DNA of 64,000 nucleotides from Takakia lepidozioides (taxonomy: Eukaryota; Plantae; Bryophyta): positions 3,844,001-3,908,000 of the forward strand of contig CM060732.1 in assembly GCA_030704615.1 (NCBI GenBank), written 5' to 3'. Under the pieces are notes generated by a model. The model was not told the origin of the DNA, searched no databases, and saw only the letters and a list, made by a program, of their open reading frames with translations. The position numbers and the translations under genes were made by a program. This document shows, piece by piece, positions 37,321 through 50,710 of the stretch. Position 1 is the stretch's first letter. Each line of letters starts with the position of its first letter.

Positions 37321-38929
37321 AGATATTTCTCCATCACCCGGCAGATGTCCCCTCTGCACGGAAATGAAGTTCTATGCTCGTGAGGAGGGCATTACACTGT
37401 AGCGCTCGGGTTTTCCGCCATGGGAGATGTGCACACAAGACTCCCAGGATGGCGTGTGGGCAAGCTCCCTGGTAGAAGGGGGATGCAGCGATGGGAAGGA
37501 ATGCGGTGCCGATTTGTCCGAGCGACGAAGCCTGATCCAAATCCAGGGAGCCAACTATCTCAAAAATCCACAGTCAGAGTGTTAATGAACCTTGTCTCAG
37601 GAATGCGGCCCCTGGTCTTTGCGCAATAACTGCCAATGGTATGCAGTCAGAAAGTGGGGGGCCGTCCGGATGATGTCGGCTGAAGGGGAGAAGCCGGCAC
37701 CGTGCCGTCACATTACTACCCCCGGATGAAAATTCGGCACCGAATATCCAGCAGGGGCCGCACGAATGAAGTTGCCTTGGGCAGAGAGGCCGGAACCTGT
37801 CCGACACAAAACAACCCCCGGATGGAAATTCAGCGCCGAATTTCCATTCGGATCCCCCCAAAGGAAGTCGTGTCGGGGGGTCAGGCCGAAAACTGGCCGA
37901 CATAAAAACCTCCCCGGATGGAAAAACGGCGCTGAATTTCCATCCGAGGCCGTTCGGATGCAGTCGGGGAGGGGGGAGAGGCCGGCATCTGGCCCTCACA
38001 TTACAACCCCCGGACGGAAATTCGGCACCGAATATCCAACAGGGGAAGCCCGGATGAAGTCGCCTCGGGCGTAAAGGCCGGCGCGTGTTTGACAGAGAGC
38101 ATCCTCTGGATGGAGATTCGGCGCCGAATTTCCATCCGGGCCCCACCAAACGAAGTCATGTCGGGGGGGCAGGCCGAAAACTGGCCGACATAAAAACCTC
38201 CCCAAATGGGAAAACGACGCCGAATTTCCATCCGGGGCCGTTCGGATGCAGTCGGGGAGGGGGGAGAGGCCGGCACCTGGCCGTCACATTTCAACCCCCG
38301 GACGGAAATTCGGCACCGAATATCCAACAGGTGACGCCCGGACGAAGTTGCCTCGGGCGTAGAGGCCGGCACTTGTCCGACAGATACCATCCCCCGGATA
38401 GAAATTCGCCGCCGAATTTCCATCCAGGCCCCCTTAAAGGAAGTCCGGTCGGGTGGTGAGGCCCAAAACTGGACGATATAAAAACCGAACAGGATGGAAA
38501 AACGGCGCCGAATTTCCGTCCGAGGCCGTTCGGATTTCCCTCTAGCAGTCAAGAATTCCATGAAAAACGTGTCTAAAAGTGGACTTCAGCCACAAAACTA
38601 AAAGTTTACTTTGTTTTTCTCCGAAAAACCAAGCGGCCACGCTCAGAATTACCTCCAGGAAGGTAATTCGGCGCTTCAACTTACTTGGCGAATGGAAATT
38701 CTGCGCCGAATTTCCATCCGCCAGCGATCCGAGTAACCTACTGGATGGAAATTCGGCGCTGGATTTCCATCCATCCGGGCTTCGAATAACCTGCAGGATG
38801 GAAATTCGGCGCCGAATTTCCATCTTGATCCGCTCCGAATTACCTGCATGACGCAAATTTTGCGCGCCGCCCTACCTGCCGGATGGAAATTCGGCGCCGG
38901 ATTTCCATCCATCCGCTCCGAATTACCTG
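37318..38929 (-). mobile_element. M3 transposase 5' end, upstream region and palindrome array, cut by a chromovirus LTR
   Basis: Near-identical to 24642-25690. Resumes exactly where the 29381 transposase copy begins. Confidence 0.85.
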
Positions 38930-41900
38930 TGTCGCGCACCTCACTTCGGTAAGCTCCCCTTCAAGTCATAGTTACTCGCTTTGATGCGCGCGCCTGACTC
39001 CCAACCTGGCCCCGGGCCAACTTGGAGCTTCGGCTGCTCACCGGGATATAACGGTTCCCCTTCGCTCCCCACTAAACCCTCCACCTATTTGGGCCTGGTG
39101 GAATTCCCTTTGGTAGATGGCAGTCCGGAACACAGCCCCACTCTTTGGTCGCTTTCCGGCTCGCTCGCTTACTCACTAGTTTTTGGTCACCAACGGGCTT
39201 GCACCGTTCTCAGGGTCACTACTCCCCTTATATATACTTCTGTAGCTGTCCGCGGGGGTTTCACAACCAGCCATGTCATTTTATGGCGAACCACCACGAA
39301 AACCCTCGACTCCCGGTGATGAGTCGTGGTGAGTCTTGGCCCACTCACCACGGCCCCTATGGACCATGATGAGTCCCAAGACTCCCCACGACTCCTACCA
39401 CGAGGTCTCCGCCCCCATGGTGAGTCCTATGCCACCCCCACTAAGTCCCGCTAAGCTACCACCACCCCTTGTGGAGCCACCCCCACCGCAACCCGGTGTG
39501 CGGGGCTCCACCTAGTGAGCGCCTTTGCCTCCTTGAGTGCCTTGGGCACTCAAGGGTGCTTCAGCCCCCCACACCTATCGCTGCCGCTGCCCCCACCACA
39601 GGGGTAGCCCCTCATGTGTCCCGACCCCCTGCCCTCAAGGCAAAGGGCCGCGACACATACCCCTACCAACAGGGAGTCGATGTCCTCATCGACTTGTCCA
39701 TTTTGTAGAAACGAACATCCAAATTGTGGCGTCCCACATCAAGGAGTTTGTTTCCGCACCATGGCGTCCCATGGCAAAGAACCAAACCCCATACTTGACT
39801 CTACTCTCCACTAGCTAGTTCGGCCGACTTCCTCCAAGTCCCGACCAAGGGTGGAGCCTCTCTAGCTCCTCCCAGTGCACTCTTCTTGGCCTACTTCAAG
39901 GCCAAGGAACGATCCTCCCCGAGGATCGAATCGCCTTACTGCAACAACATTGCTTGCGATCGCTCATGATGCCGCTTTTGGCATCACCTTGAGCAAGGGT
40001 TCACCTGGAACCCTCTTTGACTAGGAAGATAACCTTGAACCAACCGTGCGCCCCAATCACTACAATTGGGTCCGCCTTGGAATGCTGGCCTGAGGTACGG
40101 GAACACGCCGAAGCCGCACTACGACTTCGTCCCGAGGCTACACGATTATAGTACGTGAAAGGAAGCACGTAGCTTCCGCGTTAGCCCGCACTACAAGGCA
40201 ACCCCCTCGGTAGCGCAGTTATAGTACGCGCACGCGCCAGGTGCGCACTAGCACATGAACTCCCAAAGAAGGCGCAAATTTCCTTGCCCCTTGGATGGGG
40301 GTCACCCGATTTCGGCACTACGCAAACACACGATTAACCCAATTTACCTCTCCCACTTTTATAAGCTAGCATGCATTCTACACACTAGCCAACCATACCA
40401 TGCATCACCATTCCAAACAAAATAGGACGCACAACATTTGGAATCCATTTCATTTATAGCACGTTTTGTACAATACAAGTTTTTGCAATCGGATTCCTAA
40501 GCTAGCTAAACCGGGCTAAGCATGCATTTCCTCCCCCACGCTCCAAGGTTGACGTCCCCATGAACGCTTCTTCCGCTTTTGAGGTCGCCATTCAAAAGCT
40601 GCAACCGCCTCGGATGCGTTTCCCATTTCTGAGGCACGCACCCAAGATGCCTCCACATGATGATAGCCCTTCCATTTGACGAAATACTTTGTTTCTCGAT
40701 TCTTGAACCTCCTCGACTTAAGTATTGTCTCCACCTCGTACTCAGGTTCATTTTCATGATCCAACAGCATAGGTGGCGGACGCAACACTTAATGCCGATT
40801 CGGACGCGCTTCATCTTTGAAATAAGGCTTCAAAAGGGAGACATGGAATACTGGGTGCACCTTGTTGTTTACCGGCAGCTCCAATTCATACACATCCTCA
40901 TTCATAACCTTCCGAATGCGAAAGGGTCCCGCATACGGAGGTATGAACTTCGGACTCACTTCCGGAGGTAGTCGGAAATTCTTGATGTTCAACCAGACCT
41001 CCGTGCCTGCCTCAAACTTTACTTCCCTCCGCTTCCGATTCGCCTGCCTTTCATACCGTTTCCTAGCTTTGGCAATGTTGTACTTTGCGAGCTTCAACAA
41101 ACGCTCGCGTTCTTCCAGTACCGCCACTACTGCCGGTTCCTCAACGTCCTGGGCGGCCCAACTTGTCGGCACCAGAGGTGCTTTTCCATAGACCAATACG
41201 AAAGGGGAAACTCCCGTTGCGGAGTGTTCTATGTTATTATAACAGAACTCTGCCGCGTCTAAGTGTTCCACCCAGTCTGTTTGGTCTGCCGACACGTAAT
41301 TCCGCAAGATCTGCTTCACTACGGAATTCACTCTTTCTGTTTGGCCGTCAGTCGTAGGTCGGAAGGCGGTGCTCATCTTCAGCCTCGTCCCCATCTTCTT
41401 CCAAAGTGCCCTCCAAAATTTACTCGTAAACTTTGGATCGCGGTCCGAGACAATATCCTTCGGGACTCCATGATGCTTTAAGACGTGGGCGAAGTAAAGT
41501 CGCCCTGTTTCCTGCGCCGTTGCCGTCTCCTTGGTGGGGATGAAATGGCCCATTTTACTGAACCTATCCACCACCACCATGATTGCATCGAATCCTTTTG
41601 ACAGCGGCATAGCAGTCATGAAATCCATCGAGACGCTTTCCCAAGTCCCCTCTGGAATCGGCAAGGGCTGTAACAGCCCCGCTTGCTTTTTGTACTCGCT
41701 CCGGTTTTGTTGGCATGTGGTGCATGTCTTGACATACTCCTCTGCCTCCTCCCTCAGTTTGGGCCAGAAATACTCTTTCTTCAAGAGTGCCGCGGTGCGC
41801 TTGGCTCCGTCGTGGCCCGCAAGCGGGCTATCATGGCATTCTCTCAAGAGACTATCTCTGATCCCTCCCTTCGGCACGTAGAGACGTTTTTGCTTATACC

Positions 41901-44699
41901 GGAGCAATCCATTTTGCAAGTGGAACTGTGATTTAACCCCCATCCTCAAGTCCTGCATCACGGACTTTGCCAGCTCATCCTTCCGGCAAGCCTTTCGAAT
42001 CTTCCTTTGGAGCGTCGTCTCGCCCTTGTACACCAACAAGAACTGCTGCTTTCTACTTAAAGCATCGGCCACCACGTTGTCTCGTCCCGGTTTGTACTAG
42101 ATATCCACGTCAAACACCGCCAAAGCATCTTGCCACCTAAGTTGTTTTGGGGACAACTTGGGCTGCGTGGCAAAATACTTCACCGTGACATTGTCCGTGA
42201 ACACCTTCACTGGGTTGGAACCAACATAGTGGCGCCAAAGCTCAAGGCAATGCACCACCGCCTTCATCTCTTTTTCGTGCGTAGGCCACCGTCGCTCCAC
42301 TTCATTCAGTTTCTTACTTTCGTAAGCCACTGGACGTCCATCTTGCATAAGTACACCCCCAATCGCGAAGTTCGACGCATCTATATGAATCTCAAATGGA
42401 CGATCGAACTCCGGGATTTTCAAGACTGGAGCTTCCGCCATCCGCTGCTTCAATTCAGCAAAAGCTTGGCCACAAAATATGTTCCATACCCAGACTTTGG
42501 ATTTACACAGAAGGTCTGACAGCGGCCCCGCGATCTTGGCGAAATTTCTCACATACTTCCAGTAATAGGAGGCGAGTCCTAGGAAGGATCGCACTCCCGG
42601 GACCGAAGTCGGAGGCTCCCATTCCAAGATCGCCCTCACCTTTCTGTCATCCATTTTGATCCCATCCTGTGTAATCACATGCCCCAAGAACTCCACTTTT
42701 GTGACCCCGAATTTGCACTTTGAAGCTTTGGCGTACAACTTCCCTTCCCGCAACTTTTGGAACACCCTTTTGAGGTGCTCCAGGTGCTCCTCCTTTGTTT
42801 TCGAGTACACCAAGATGTCGTCGATGTACACGATCACAAAGTCATCCAACCACTCCTGAAAAAGGCTGTTCATCAGCGTGCTAAAGGTCGCAGGTGCATT
42901 GGTGAGCCCAAAAGGCATCACCAAGCACTCATATGAACCATACCTTGTCCTGCACGCGGTCTTCTCCTCATCTCCTTCCGCCACCCGAATTTGATGATAG
43001 CCGAAGCGCAAGTCGATCCGGCTGAAATACTTCGCTCCTGCCAACCGGTCGAAAAGGTCGTCGATCCTTGGCAAAGGGTACCGGTTTTTAATAGTCGCCT
43101 TATTCAAAGCCCTGTAATCGACACACATCCGCAGCGTCCCATCCTTCTTGTCTGCGAATAGCACCGGGGCTCCGTAAGGTGACTTACTCGGCCGGATGTA
43201 CCCCTTTGACATTAGATCCTTGAGCTGAGTCTTCAGCTCGACCAACTCCCTGTGGCTCAACCGGTAAGGTGCCTTGGCAGGCGGTTCTAATCCCGGTATC
43301 ACCTCAATCTTGTGGTCAACTCCTCTTCGCGGTGGCAAGCCGCTTGGTAAATCCTCCGGCATCACATCCTGGTATTTCTCCAAGATCCCCTTGATCCAAT
43401 CTGGGCTCGGCTCCCCATCGCCTTCTCCCTTCACTTCTCTAATGTAAAGCAAAAACTGGGGCTCGTGTGCCTCCTCCACGGCCCACTCCCTTGCTGACAG
43501 AAGGTTTATTCGCCCTCCCACGGATTTGGGCGTTTCCGACACTCGTAAGACCTCGCCACCATTCCCACATGACAACGTGACTACTCTCTTGCGGCCATCT
43601 ATGACCGCTCCGGATTTGCTCAAAACGGTCATCCCCAAAATGAGATCCACTCCATCGATCTCGCAGATGGTGAAGTTCTCACGTCCCTCCCAACTCCCCA
43701 GTTGAAGAGGAACATCAAAGGCCAACCTTGTCGCCAACTGTGGTTCTCCTTTGGCAGAACGCACCTCAATAGAGGCCCCCACGTCACTTGTCGGGAGTCC
43801 CAACTTTCGCGCCGCCGCCGGCGTCATGAAGGAGTGCGACGCTCCTGTGTCCACCAACAACGACACGTTAGTTCCGGATATTATCCCATCCACGAACAAT
43901 AACTGACTCCCTTTATGCAGGGCGCCAGTTTCCTGATACAACTCACAAGAATAGTTGCCTACCTTGCAAGTCCTGGCGACCACCGCTTCCACCAAGCGAC
44001 TGATGGTATCTTCCGACAACTCCGTGGTTGCCCGAGTCATGTTCAATTGTCGAGGTTTCGTGCACTTCTTGGCCATGTGCCCGGGCTCCCCGCAATTGAA
44101 ATACACTCCATCAAAGGTCGCCTTCTATCCGCCATAAGCCGCTCCACCCGCTTTTCCTTTCGAAGCACCGGGTGCCGCCTGGACGTGTGAAGGCCCTCCC
44201 TTCGATTTCCACGTGCCATTGTCGCCGCGTGGCCTATCCCACTTCTTTTCCGGTCGGAAGGAGTCACCTTCCCGTCGGGTCTTCTTGTGGTTCAGCTCCG
44301 TACGGCCTTGTCTCTCACCCTTAGGGACATCTGAGAAACATTCAGCCCTCTCAATTGCCTCGTTCAAAGTCTTAGGTGGCTTCTCCTCCAACTTCCGCCT
44401 GGCCCATGGGCCAACCCCGCCACAAAGTTGAAGACCATTTCTGGTTCCGCCATATCCGCGACTTCGAGCAACAGCACATTGAAAGCCTGGACATATCCCC
44501 GAATGTCATCTGTTTGCTTCAAATTCCTCATCTTGTCCCGGGCAAGCCAGGACGCGTTGAGGGGCACAAACTGTCGCTTCATCAATTCCTTGAACCCACT
44601 CCAGTTCAAGGTTTCCGGCGGGTGGAAGTGGCTCCCACCTATTTGAGGGGCTATGCTCAACAATGGTGGCAGAAACGCCTTCATGACCGAGGTCCAAGC
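38930..44699 (-). mobile_element. Chromovirus copy 4: gag (partial), PR-RT-RNaseH, integrase, chromodomain, 3' region, 3' LTR (38930-39655)
   Basis: ORFs 42097-44106, 40789-42075 and 40516-40788. 5' end lost at ~44620-44700. Confidence 0.94.
40516..44106 (-). pseudogene. pol: Chromovirus Pol polyprotein with C-terminal chromodomain (2 premature stops)
   Basis: [70 protein letters not shown]. Confidence 0.94.
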
Positions 44700-44914
44700 A
44701 CATCAGTTCAAGATGGAGATTTCTCCTGCAGTAGAGAGCCTACGCGACTATGTGACGAGGTACTTTCTGCTCTTTAAAACCGACCTATTCTTTCAGGAGA
44801 TACCACATGCCCGCCGGAGCCACGAGTTCACCGACCAGCCGAACGCGGACAAAGCAGCAATGCGCCTTCTGTACAGGTACATATGCGATGCCTTCCTTTC
44901 AGTCCTTGCATTTT

Positions 44915-45330
44915 TCGCCGAATTTCTAGATCAGGGCTCCGAAAATGGCTAAGTCCCTAGGGTGGCTGGCCCTTAACTGGAAATTCGGCGTCATTTTTCC
45001 AGGTCAAGGCCATATGGGACAGCCACTTTCGGGCCGGACCTGGGAAAATGGCGCCGAATTTCCAGTCAGGGCTCCGAAAATGGTTAAGTCCCTAGGGTGG
45101 CTGGCCTTGAACTGGAAATTCAGTGCCATTTTTCCAGTTCTGGGCCCTATTGCCGTTCTGGGACTTAGCCATTTTCGGGCCGGACCTTGGAAAATGGCGC
45201 CGAATTTCCAGTCAGGGCTCCGAAAATGGCTAAGTCCCTAGGGTGGCTGGCCCTGAACTGGAAATTCGGCGCCATTTTTCCAGTTCTGGGCCATATTGCC
45301 CTTGTGGGACTTAGCCATTTATGGGGCCGG
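44915..45330. repeat. Subfamily-1-related array (~140-bp unit x3 with GGAAATTCGGCGCCATTTTTCC)
   Basis: Repeats of agggctccgaaaatggctaagtccctagggtggctggccc, similar to ~28900-28970. Confidence 0.8.
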
Positions 45331-45941
45331 GGGTCGCAAGAAACGACAGCCAGCCGTCGCAATCTTCATTTTTACATTTCAAAAAAGGGTGGGCGCAGGC
45401 GTGCGACGGCCACGTGCAACGACGTGGGCGCGCCTTTTTTTTTTCCCCTAAGTGCTTCAAGCATCTCTTTCCCCTCCCGTTTTCATTTGTTCTTTGGGAG
45501 AGAGGTAGTTTAGAGAGTGGGGTTTAGGGTGGAGGAGAAACGCACCTGCTGCTGAGCCCGAGGTGGTCGCAAGGCCCCAAGGAGTTTGCCCCAACGCTGC
45601 TCCAACGCCCAAGGTAAGCACCGCCTCCTCCCTCACTTTCTGTCTTTCTTTCTTGCCCTAAGCATGGGCTGATGTCTCTCTCCCCTGTGTGGTAGGAACG
45701 CCACGCAGAGGCGCGACCTAACGAGCTGAAGAGAGAGAGAGCCGTGGTGAGCGGGGGAGAGACGCCCTACAGCGGTGGGGACCCGCGCCGCTAGCAGCCG
45801 CGACAGCACCGCAGCAGCTCGCTGCGCCAGCTCACTTCAAGCACCAGCAGAAGCAGAGGTACGTCAGGGAAATTGCACTCTCCCTTTCCTCTCTGCTTCT
45901 GTTTACTGTTCAAAGGTAGTCTTCCTGCCCTGACTTTAAAT

Positions 45942-46300
45942 TTAGGTCTGGTGCCAAGAGTGGGATAGACCCTTGAGCGCATCCATGATGTCCTCCCCCA
46001 TGTCACAAACTGGAAACAGGTTCAGGGAAGTTTTCTTCCTAACTTCATTTGCATCGGACAATTTTCTGGTAACAGACATGGCTTTGGACACTACACTCTC
46101 TAAGTCAGGTTTATCCAGCAAGGTCAAGACTTGCGGGTCCAGATTCAGATCCTTGAGAATCTCTTTTACTCTCTTCTCCCAGGGCTCACCCTGTTTGACA
46201 GGGCGGTCCTGTTTCCAAGATATAGAGTCGATTAACTTAGGATATCTGGTGTTGGACATATGTTGCAGCTGAACCCACCATCTGACCTTGAATTTAGGGT
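45942..46300 (-). pseudogene. Possible C-terminal fragment of a non-LTR retrotransposon ORF
   Basis: KFKVRWWVQLQHMSNTRYPKLI resembles the post-RT 'RLRW..L.RM...RLPK' motif. No RT core visible. Confidence 0.3.
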
Positions 46301-46469
46301 GTTGGGAGCTTAAAAAAGAGCAGCACAGAAGAGAGGGAAGATACTTTTTGTCATGGCAAGACAAAGACAGGACCCCTAGGGTCGTTGTCATGAAAGAATA
46401 AATAGACATATCAGCCACTTAACAGTGGCACCATCCATCAATCATCAAGCTTAGAAAATCCAGAATTAC

Positions 46470-46944
46470 ATCAACTCTTCTGCAGCGGGACACCTGGCGT
46501 AGGGCTCCGCCAGATTCTCTTTGAACACAAACGAGCCATGCCCACTTCCCATGCTGGTTTCCAGCTTATCCTGTGAAGTCTTTGCATGTATGACAAACAC
46601 ATACATTTCATTCACGGAACCAGGGCAAATGCACATGCCATTCATTGTAAGCGTCTTTCTGTGAATTGAAATAAAGTATGACAATCATTCTGAGCTCAAA
46701 TCTGCCATATGTTCATATTCCTCTTTTTGTGCAGACATTGCAGACATGGTGCATGGTGGCCTCCTTTGTTTTGTCCACGGTAATAGGCACTCTTCCTGCA
46801 ATCCTCGCCTATAGGGCCTGCTTCTCCAGCAGATATGTGCCGCTCACGCTTCCCTGAAGCGTGAGCTCAGCTCACCCTTTGCAGCTACAACGTGAGCTCA
46901 GCTCCCAGGCTCACGGGGCTGGGCTCACGCCGTAGCTACGCTGC
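46470..46944 (+). mobile_element. MULE copy M5 (subfamily 2): ~470-bp transposase-side terminal fragment, inverted relative to M4
   Basis: Reverse-complement match to ~48086-48535, ending ...GCTCACGCCGTAGCTACGCTGC. Confidence 0.82.
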
Positions 46945-47101
46945 TATGCCCGCAGTTTGCCCTGTCCTTGCAGGGGATATCAGGAAGCTTCAGGGAGACT
47001 TTGTGCACTGGTATGTCTTTGGAACCCCGGTTTTCTACATGTCTGTAGGAGATTCCAACGGGAACGAGAGAATGGTTGACAATGAGATGATGGAGAAGTA
47101 G
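46945..47101 (+). pseudogene. Fragment of another ParB-like cargo exon, directly adjoining the M5 terminus
   Basis: MPAVCPVLAGDIRKLQGDFVHWYVFGTPVFYMSVGDSNGNERMVD aligns with MPIVRPPLIKDIQKLEAKFVHGYLDGSAVFYVSTRDSRGKELLVD at 51.4-51.55 kb. Confidence 0.78.
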
Positions 47102-48480
47102 GATGACTGCTAAAATTTATCAACAATTACTCGTTTACTTACATACATTGGCTGAGTTTGTGCGCCAGATGGCCCCATAGTCTCAACATAGGCATATTCC
47201 AGATAATTCTCTAGGAGCAGTCAGACCACCTAATTTTTGATTTGTAATGTACTGATGCTGTTTTATTCAATTAATGAAACCCTTAAAAAAAACGACACGT
47301 GGTTCATTTTGGGCGACACACGTCAAGCTTCGAAAACTACATTGCAGACAAACAGCTGTCCAGTAATGGCTGGCAGGTGCACTAATGAGGGAATGACATT
47401 TGCGTAACGGTCACGCGAGAGGGAATCCGATGCTTCCAGAGACAATCCCTAACGCACGCAACTCCGCAAGAAATCGAGAGTCACTTTGTCTTTCTTGCTT
47501 CCGCACTTAGAGGGAGAGAGGTAGTCAAGTTGGAGAGGGTTCCTTCTACGATATGAAAGAGAAGGAAGTCACTTTATTTTACTTCCCTTAGAGAGAGACT
47601 CAGAGCAAGAGAGCAAATGACGAGGCGTCATTTGATGGAGAATACAGGGCCACGGTAGCAGGTGAACGCGGAGACTGCAACACAAGAGCAGACCGAGAAT
47701 GTTTGTGAGGCTGCAGCTGTCATACAACCAGACTTAACAGTGAGTGTTGAAAACCAGACTGTGGAAACATAGATGATTCGCAAAGAAACTGAAGGAGGTG
47801 GAAGTCCTGGGAACGCAGAACCAAGAGACGGTCTACAAACCCTAGACCAGACAGGAATGCCCACAGACGTGAAAGGGAAGAGGAAAGCTGCTGAAGGGGA
47901 TCCAAACTCAAAACCGAAGAAGGCGACAGTAAGTTTTCTCCACCCTTCTTTTTCCTGTTTACAGATGTACGAAGTAGGTGAGTGAAATCTCATAGAAAGC
48001 GATGGTCGGTATCGACCATCACTATGAAGTCATATTGATTTGCTTTGCATTCCTCTGTTTCAGGTTTTCCATACTAGTTGTTTGTGCAGCGTAGCTACGG
48101 CGTGAGCCCAACCCCGTGAGCCTGGGAGCTGAGCTCACGTTGTAGCTGCAAAGCGTGAGCTCAGGGAAGCGTGAGCGGCACAAATGTGCTGGAGAAGCAG
48201 GCCCTATTACCGTGGACAAACGTGGACAAAACAAAGGGGCCACCATGCACCATGTCTGCAATGTCTGCACAAAAAAAATAAAATGAATATGAACATATGG
48301 CAGATTTGAGCTCAGAATGATTGTCACACTTTATTTCAATTCATAGAAAGACGCCTACAATGAATGGCATGTGCAATTGCCCTGGTTCCGCGAACGAAAT
48401 ATATGTGTTTGTCCTACATGCAAAGACTTCACACGATAAGCTGGAAACCAGCACGGGAAGTGGGCATGGCTCGTTTGTGT

Positions 48481-49570
48481 TCACAGAGAATCTGGCGGAG
48501 CCCCACGGCAGGTGTTCTGCTGCAGAAGAGTGATGACTTCTCCATAGCCTAGTGTGGCTTGGTGAATGAATTGGTCTCTCTTACCGTCGCAGCACATAAT
48601 TATAAGGTATATGTAATATTGATGCTTGCAGGGGACCCACTTCCCTCTCATGCCGAGAGCGCCCTCACGCATCGTTACAAAATCCGGACAGGTGCACGCA
48701 GGGAAATTCCCCACGGTAACCTGATATTCTTTGCCATGAAGAACTGAGCCAGTAGACAACACTCCGAAGATGAGTCTGAAAGAGTCACAAATGTAGTGGA
48801 TGTGCTCACCTCTTGTTTCACATGAACTGTGCCCTTCTGCTGCACACCGATGCTGCAGTGCCAGGGGTAACTACTGATCCTGCTGATTGTCTTCTCTCTT
48901 TTCCAAAGACCCGGTATGTGCCTGGGAGGACTCTCCACTTCCTCCTACACTCGCCAACCAATGGATTCTGCAAGTGCCCAGAATCCAAATTCTCATCCTC
49001 GTCATACACCTCTTTTTGAACAAGCAGAGAACCCAATTCCAGAGGGAACACTGTAACTAGCTCATCCTCATGAACAACTGCAAACCCATCGTCATCTGCA
49101 GTGGCAGTCAGTGGAAAACTACCTGTATTGGAATGAAATCGAGCGAGTCTGTCTCCCTCCCTGGACATGTCTTCCTAGACTGAGCCAAAGTTGTGATCCA
49201 CAAAGAGTCCCCCGAACTGATAGCCCGTAATTCTCGAGAGGGGATCCACCCCAAACGAAGTGAGGTGAATAAGGGTAGCACAGTCCCAACGGATTTTGGG
49301 GTTTACAATTTTTCTGTAAGAATGACATGCACGGCGAAAGTCTGCCCCGAACTCCGCAGTCAGCCACACTGAGAGACACCAACTAGAAAAACTGTCTTCA
49401 AAGACAAGAAGCCACAAGAAGCCGTATTGTGTCTGGATGAAAAGCAAACCCTGCACAGGATATGAAGCCCTCCATTGTGGAAAGACGGCAACGACCCCTG
49501 GAGTCCAATAAACAGGAAACCTCGAATCAAATTTTTTGTGTTGTGCCAGAAGAGCACAGCACAAACACTG
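48481..49570 (-). pseudogene. Transposase C-terminal remnant of M4 (SWIM finger; DDE core not seen)
   Basis: YQVTVGNFPACTCPDF...KWVPCKHQYYIY...FIHQATL aligns with the SWIM end of the other copies. Upstream part is heavily decayed. Confidence 0.72.
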
Positions 49571-49869
49571 ACAGTCAGGGGGACACCTCGCACGAAGGTA
49601 CGCAACACATTACGATTGCCGACACCAAGCTTTATACCGAAATCACTGCATTGCGCCGGCGACGGCGAAATGCAAATCGCAGGATAGGCAATACAACATA
49701 CGTGGATGCATATGTGAAGCATCACAATTATTGCCAATGTGCAAATACTGTTCAAAATTCGACTTGCGACAAATTTTTACGGCACTTCTCAATTTCCATG
49801 AATGCAAAAAGCCTTTCGTGTACTGGCAGCCGGCGAAGTACATCTGACATATCCCACAAGTAGACTAAA

Positions 49870-50710
49870 TGTACCAGACCAGGCCAGTCTATCATGTATC
49901 AAACACACCTAGATGGAAGCCCGAAACAGTGTGCGGCAACGCACACTGTTTGTGCCCCCCTTTTTTGCTTGTTTTTTACGTCAAAATGAACCAGACCAGG
50001 CCAGTCTGTGATGTATCAAACACACCTAGATGGAAGCACGAAACAGTGTGCGGCAACGCACACTGTTTGTGCCGCCCTTTTTTGCTTGTTTTTTATGTCA
50101 AAATGAACCAGACCAGGCCAGTCTGTGATGTATCAAACACACCTAGATGGAAGCACGAAATAGTGTGCGGCAACACACACTGTTTGTGCCCCCTTTTTTT
50201 GCTTGTTTTTTTATGTCAAGATGTGCCACACCGGGCCAGTCTGTCATGTATCATACACACCTAGATGGAAGCACGAAACAGTGTGCGGCAACGCACACTG
50301 TTTGTAACCCTCTTCTTTGTTTTTTCTTATGTCGAAATGCACCACACTAGTGTCTGCCATGTTCAAAACACACCTAATTGGAAGCACCAAACAGTGTGCG
50401 GCACCGCACACTATTTGTGCCCCTCTTCTTTGCCACTTTTTGATGTCAAAATGCAACATACCAGGCCAGTTTGTCATGTATCAAACACACCTAGATGGAA
50501 GCACGAAATAGTGTGCGGTACCGCACACTGTTTGTGCCCATCTTCTTTGTTTTTTTTAATGTCAAAATGTACCACACCAGTAGTGTCTGGCAGGTTCAAA
50601 ACACACCTAATTGGAAGCATCAAACAGTGTGCGACACCGCACACTATTTGTACCCTTCTTCTTTGCCAATTTTTGATGTCAAAATGTATGACACCAGTCC
50701 AGTCTGTCAT
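49870..50710. repeat. Central tandem array of M4, ~118-bp unit x7, each with palindrome ACAGTGTGCGGYR(A/C)CGCACACTGT
   Basis: Unit starts near 49872, 49990, 50108 etc. Isolated palindromes also at ~51001, ~51148, ~52623 and ~52716. Confidence 0.9.

Noticed and set aside
44700-44915. Coding-like fragment HQFKMEISPAVESLRDYVTRYFLLF
   Set aside because: No recognisable motif and no homologue in the window; cannot assign.
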